From Takakia lepidozioides (taxonomy: Eukaryota; Plantae; Bryophyta): DNA of 64,000 nucleotides. The notes beneath the pieces were generated by a model that did not search any database, had not been told where the DNA came from, and saw only the letters and a program-made list of their open reading frames with translations. Of the stretch, positions 63,081-64,000 are shown piece by piece. The DNA lies in contig JAKLZA010000278.1 of NCBI GenBank assembly GCA_030704615.1, forward strand, positions 62,001-126,000, read 5' to 3'. The position numbers and the translations under genes are program-made. Position 1 is the stretch's first letter. The number at the start of each line of letters is the position of its first letter.

Positions 63081-64000
63081 TATCTCTGCGGCACAAGTGG
63101 CACACCAACATCAAAGATCAGTTCCTCGGCTTTGAAGCAACAATCTGTACTGGGGAAGAGGGCTGCAGCAGCAGTCCTGATATCGATAGTAACATGCTTT
63201 CTCTAGTTTTATTTGGTTGCAAGCTCTTCAATTAACACTCACTTACCTGTACATAACTGTATTGCAGTTGCCTCTGCCTGGTCCATTTCTTGCTGAATTA
63301 TGTCCTTGTCAGCACCAAGAGGACAAATGTAACCAGGTATGTTATATGCATGCACAGCAGAGATGACACGAGCATCGCTCAAATTAAACGGATAGAACTG
63401 TATTTGCTTAAGATGTTTTCCAGTGGAAGGAATTAAATTGCATTAAACACTTCCAATCGCAATGTGGAAATACCAGAGAGTAGAACCTGCAAAGGTGATG
63501 CGATTGTTTTCACAACACGTCCCGCTTGCAATCTTTCAGAGAAAACACCCTTGGAAGAATCCGCAATGCAGCAATCCCGACAACCAAGGCGCAGACGTTG
63601 CAATTTGAAAACCAAGCGAGCACTTGCAAGAACAAGGAGACACCCTCTGAAACGCGGTAGTCTGGGAGATTGTGGAGATGGAAGAAGGGTGATGGGTAGA
63701 GAGAGAGGAGAGACTGGAGCTCCAGTTACTTGTAAGAAGGGCCACCAGACTCTCCCTCTCTCGTTCCTTCCTCGGTGCACGAGACACTCTCATGACCCGC
63801 GGTTCGGATCCTAACCCTGGTTAAAGTATTGGTCCCGTCATCTGCTGCCCCTTCCCTCCTTTGAGTGCTCTGGGAAGTGGTTGTGGGTTCAATCCACTGA
63901 TTGGTGTCACAGAGGTGTCCACCTTCCTGCTGGAAGGCAGTAGCCCTTGGGGTCAAGAGACACCATAATTGCGCTTCCTCATATCTCTCTCTGCTTGGAG

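Overview
Eukaryotic, land-plant-like genomic DNA (GT-AG introns, plant TE families; probably a non-seed plant, species not determinable). About 52 kb is nested transposons, followed by three host-type genes. Left to right: (1) 5' part of a Ty3/gypsy LTR retrotransposon on the minus strand (gag, extra ORF, PBS, 1006-bp LTR); (2) an unclassified repeat with a 960-bp direct duplication; (3) a 13.7-kb Mutator-like (MULE) element, 7561-21253, with a GCM-type/MULE/SWIM transposase on the minus strand and, divergently, an intact 9-exon gene of about 1318 aa that fuses a ParB/Srx-type domain (VWDGNHR) to a beta-class DNA amino-methyltransferase-like fold with a non-canonical DIPDG motif; the two genes are separated by about 20 copies of the palindrome ATTTCGGCGCCGAAAT; (4) a truncated sister element, 21254-28054, with a decayed paralog of that fusion gene but a different 36-bp palindrome array; (5) a GGGTTAC-rich unclassified element; (6) a CACTA element (TnpA-like, TnpD and a SET-domain cargo) with a 6.9-kb LINE-derived insertion in an intron; (7) an HNH gene fragment, a STR11-like rhodanese gene and an IDN2/FDM-like XS-XH gene. 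The best candidate for an undescribed system is the MULE-borne ParB-methyltransferase-like gene paired with element-specific palindrome arrays. All calls come from reading motifs by eye; no searches were run.
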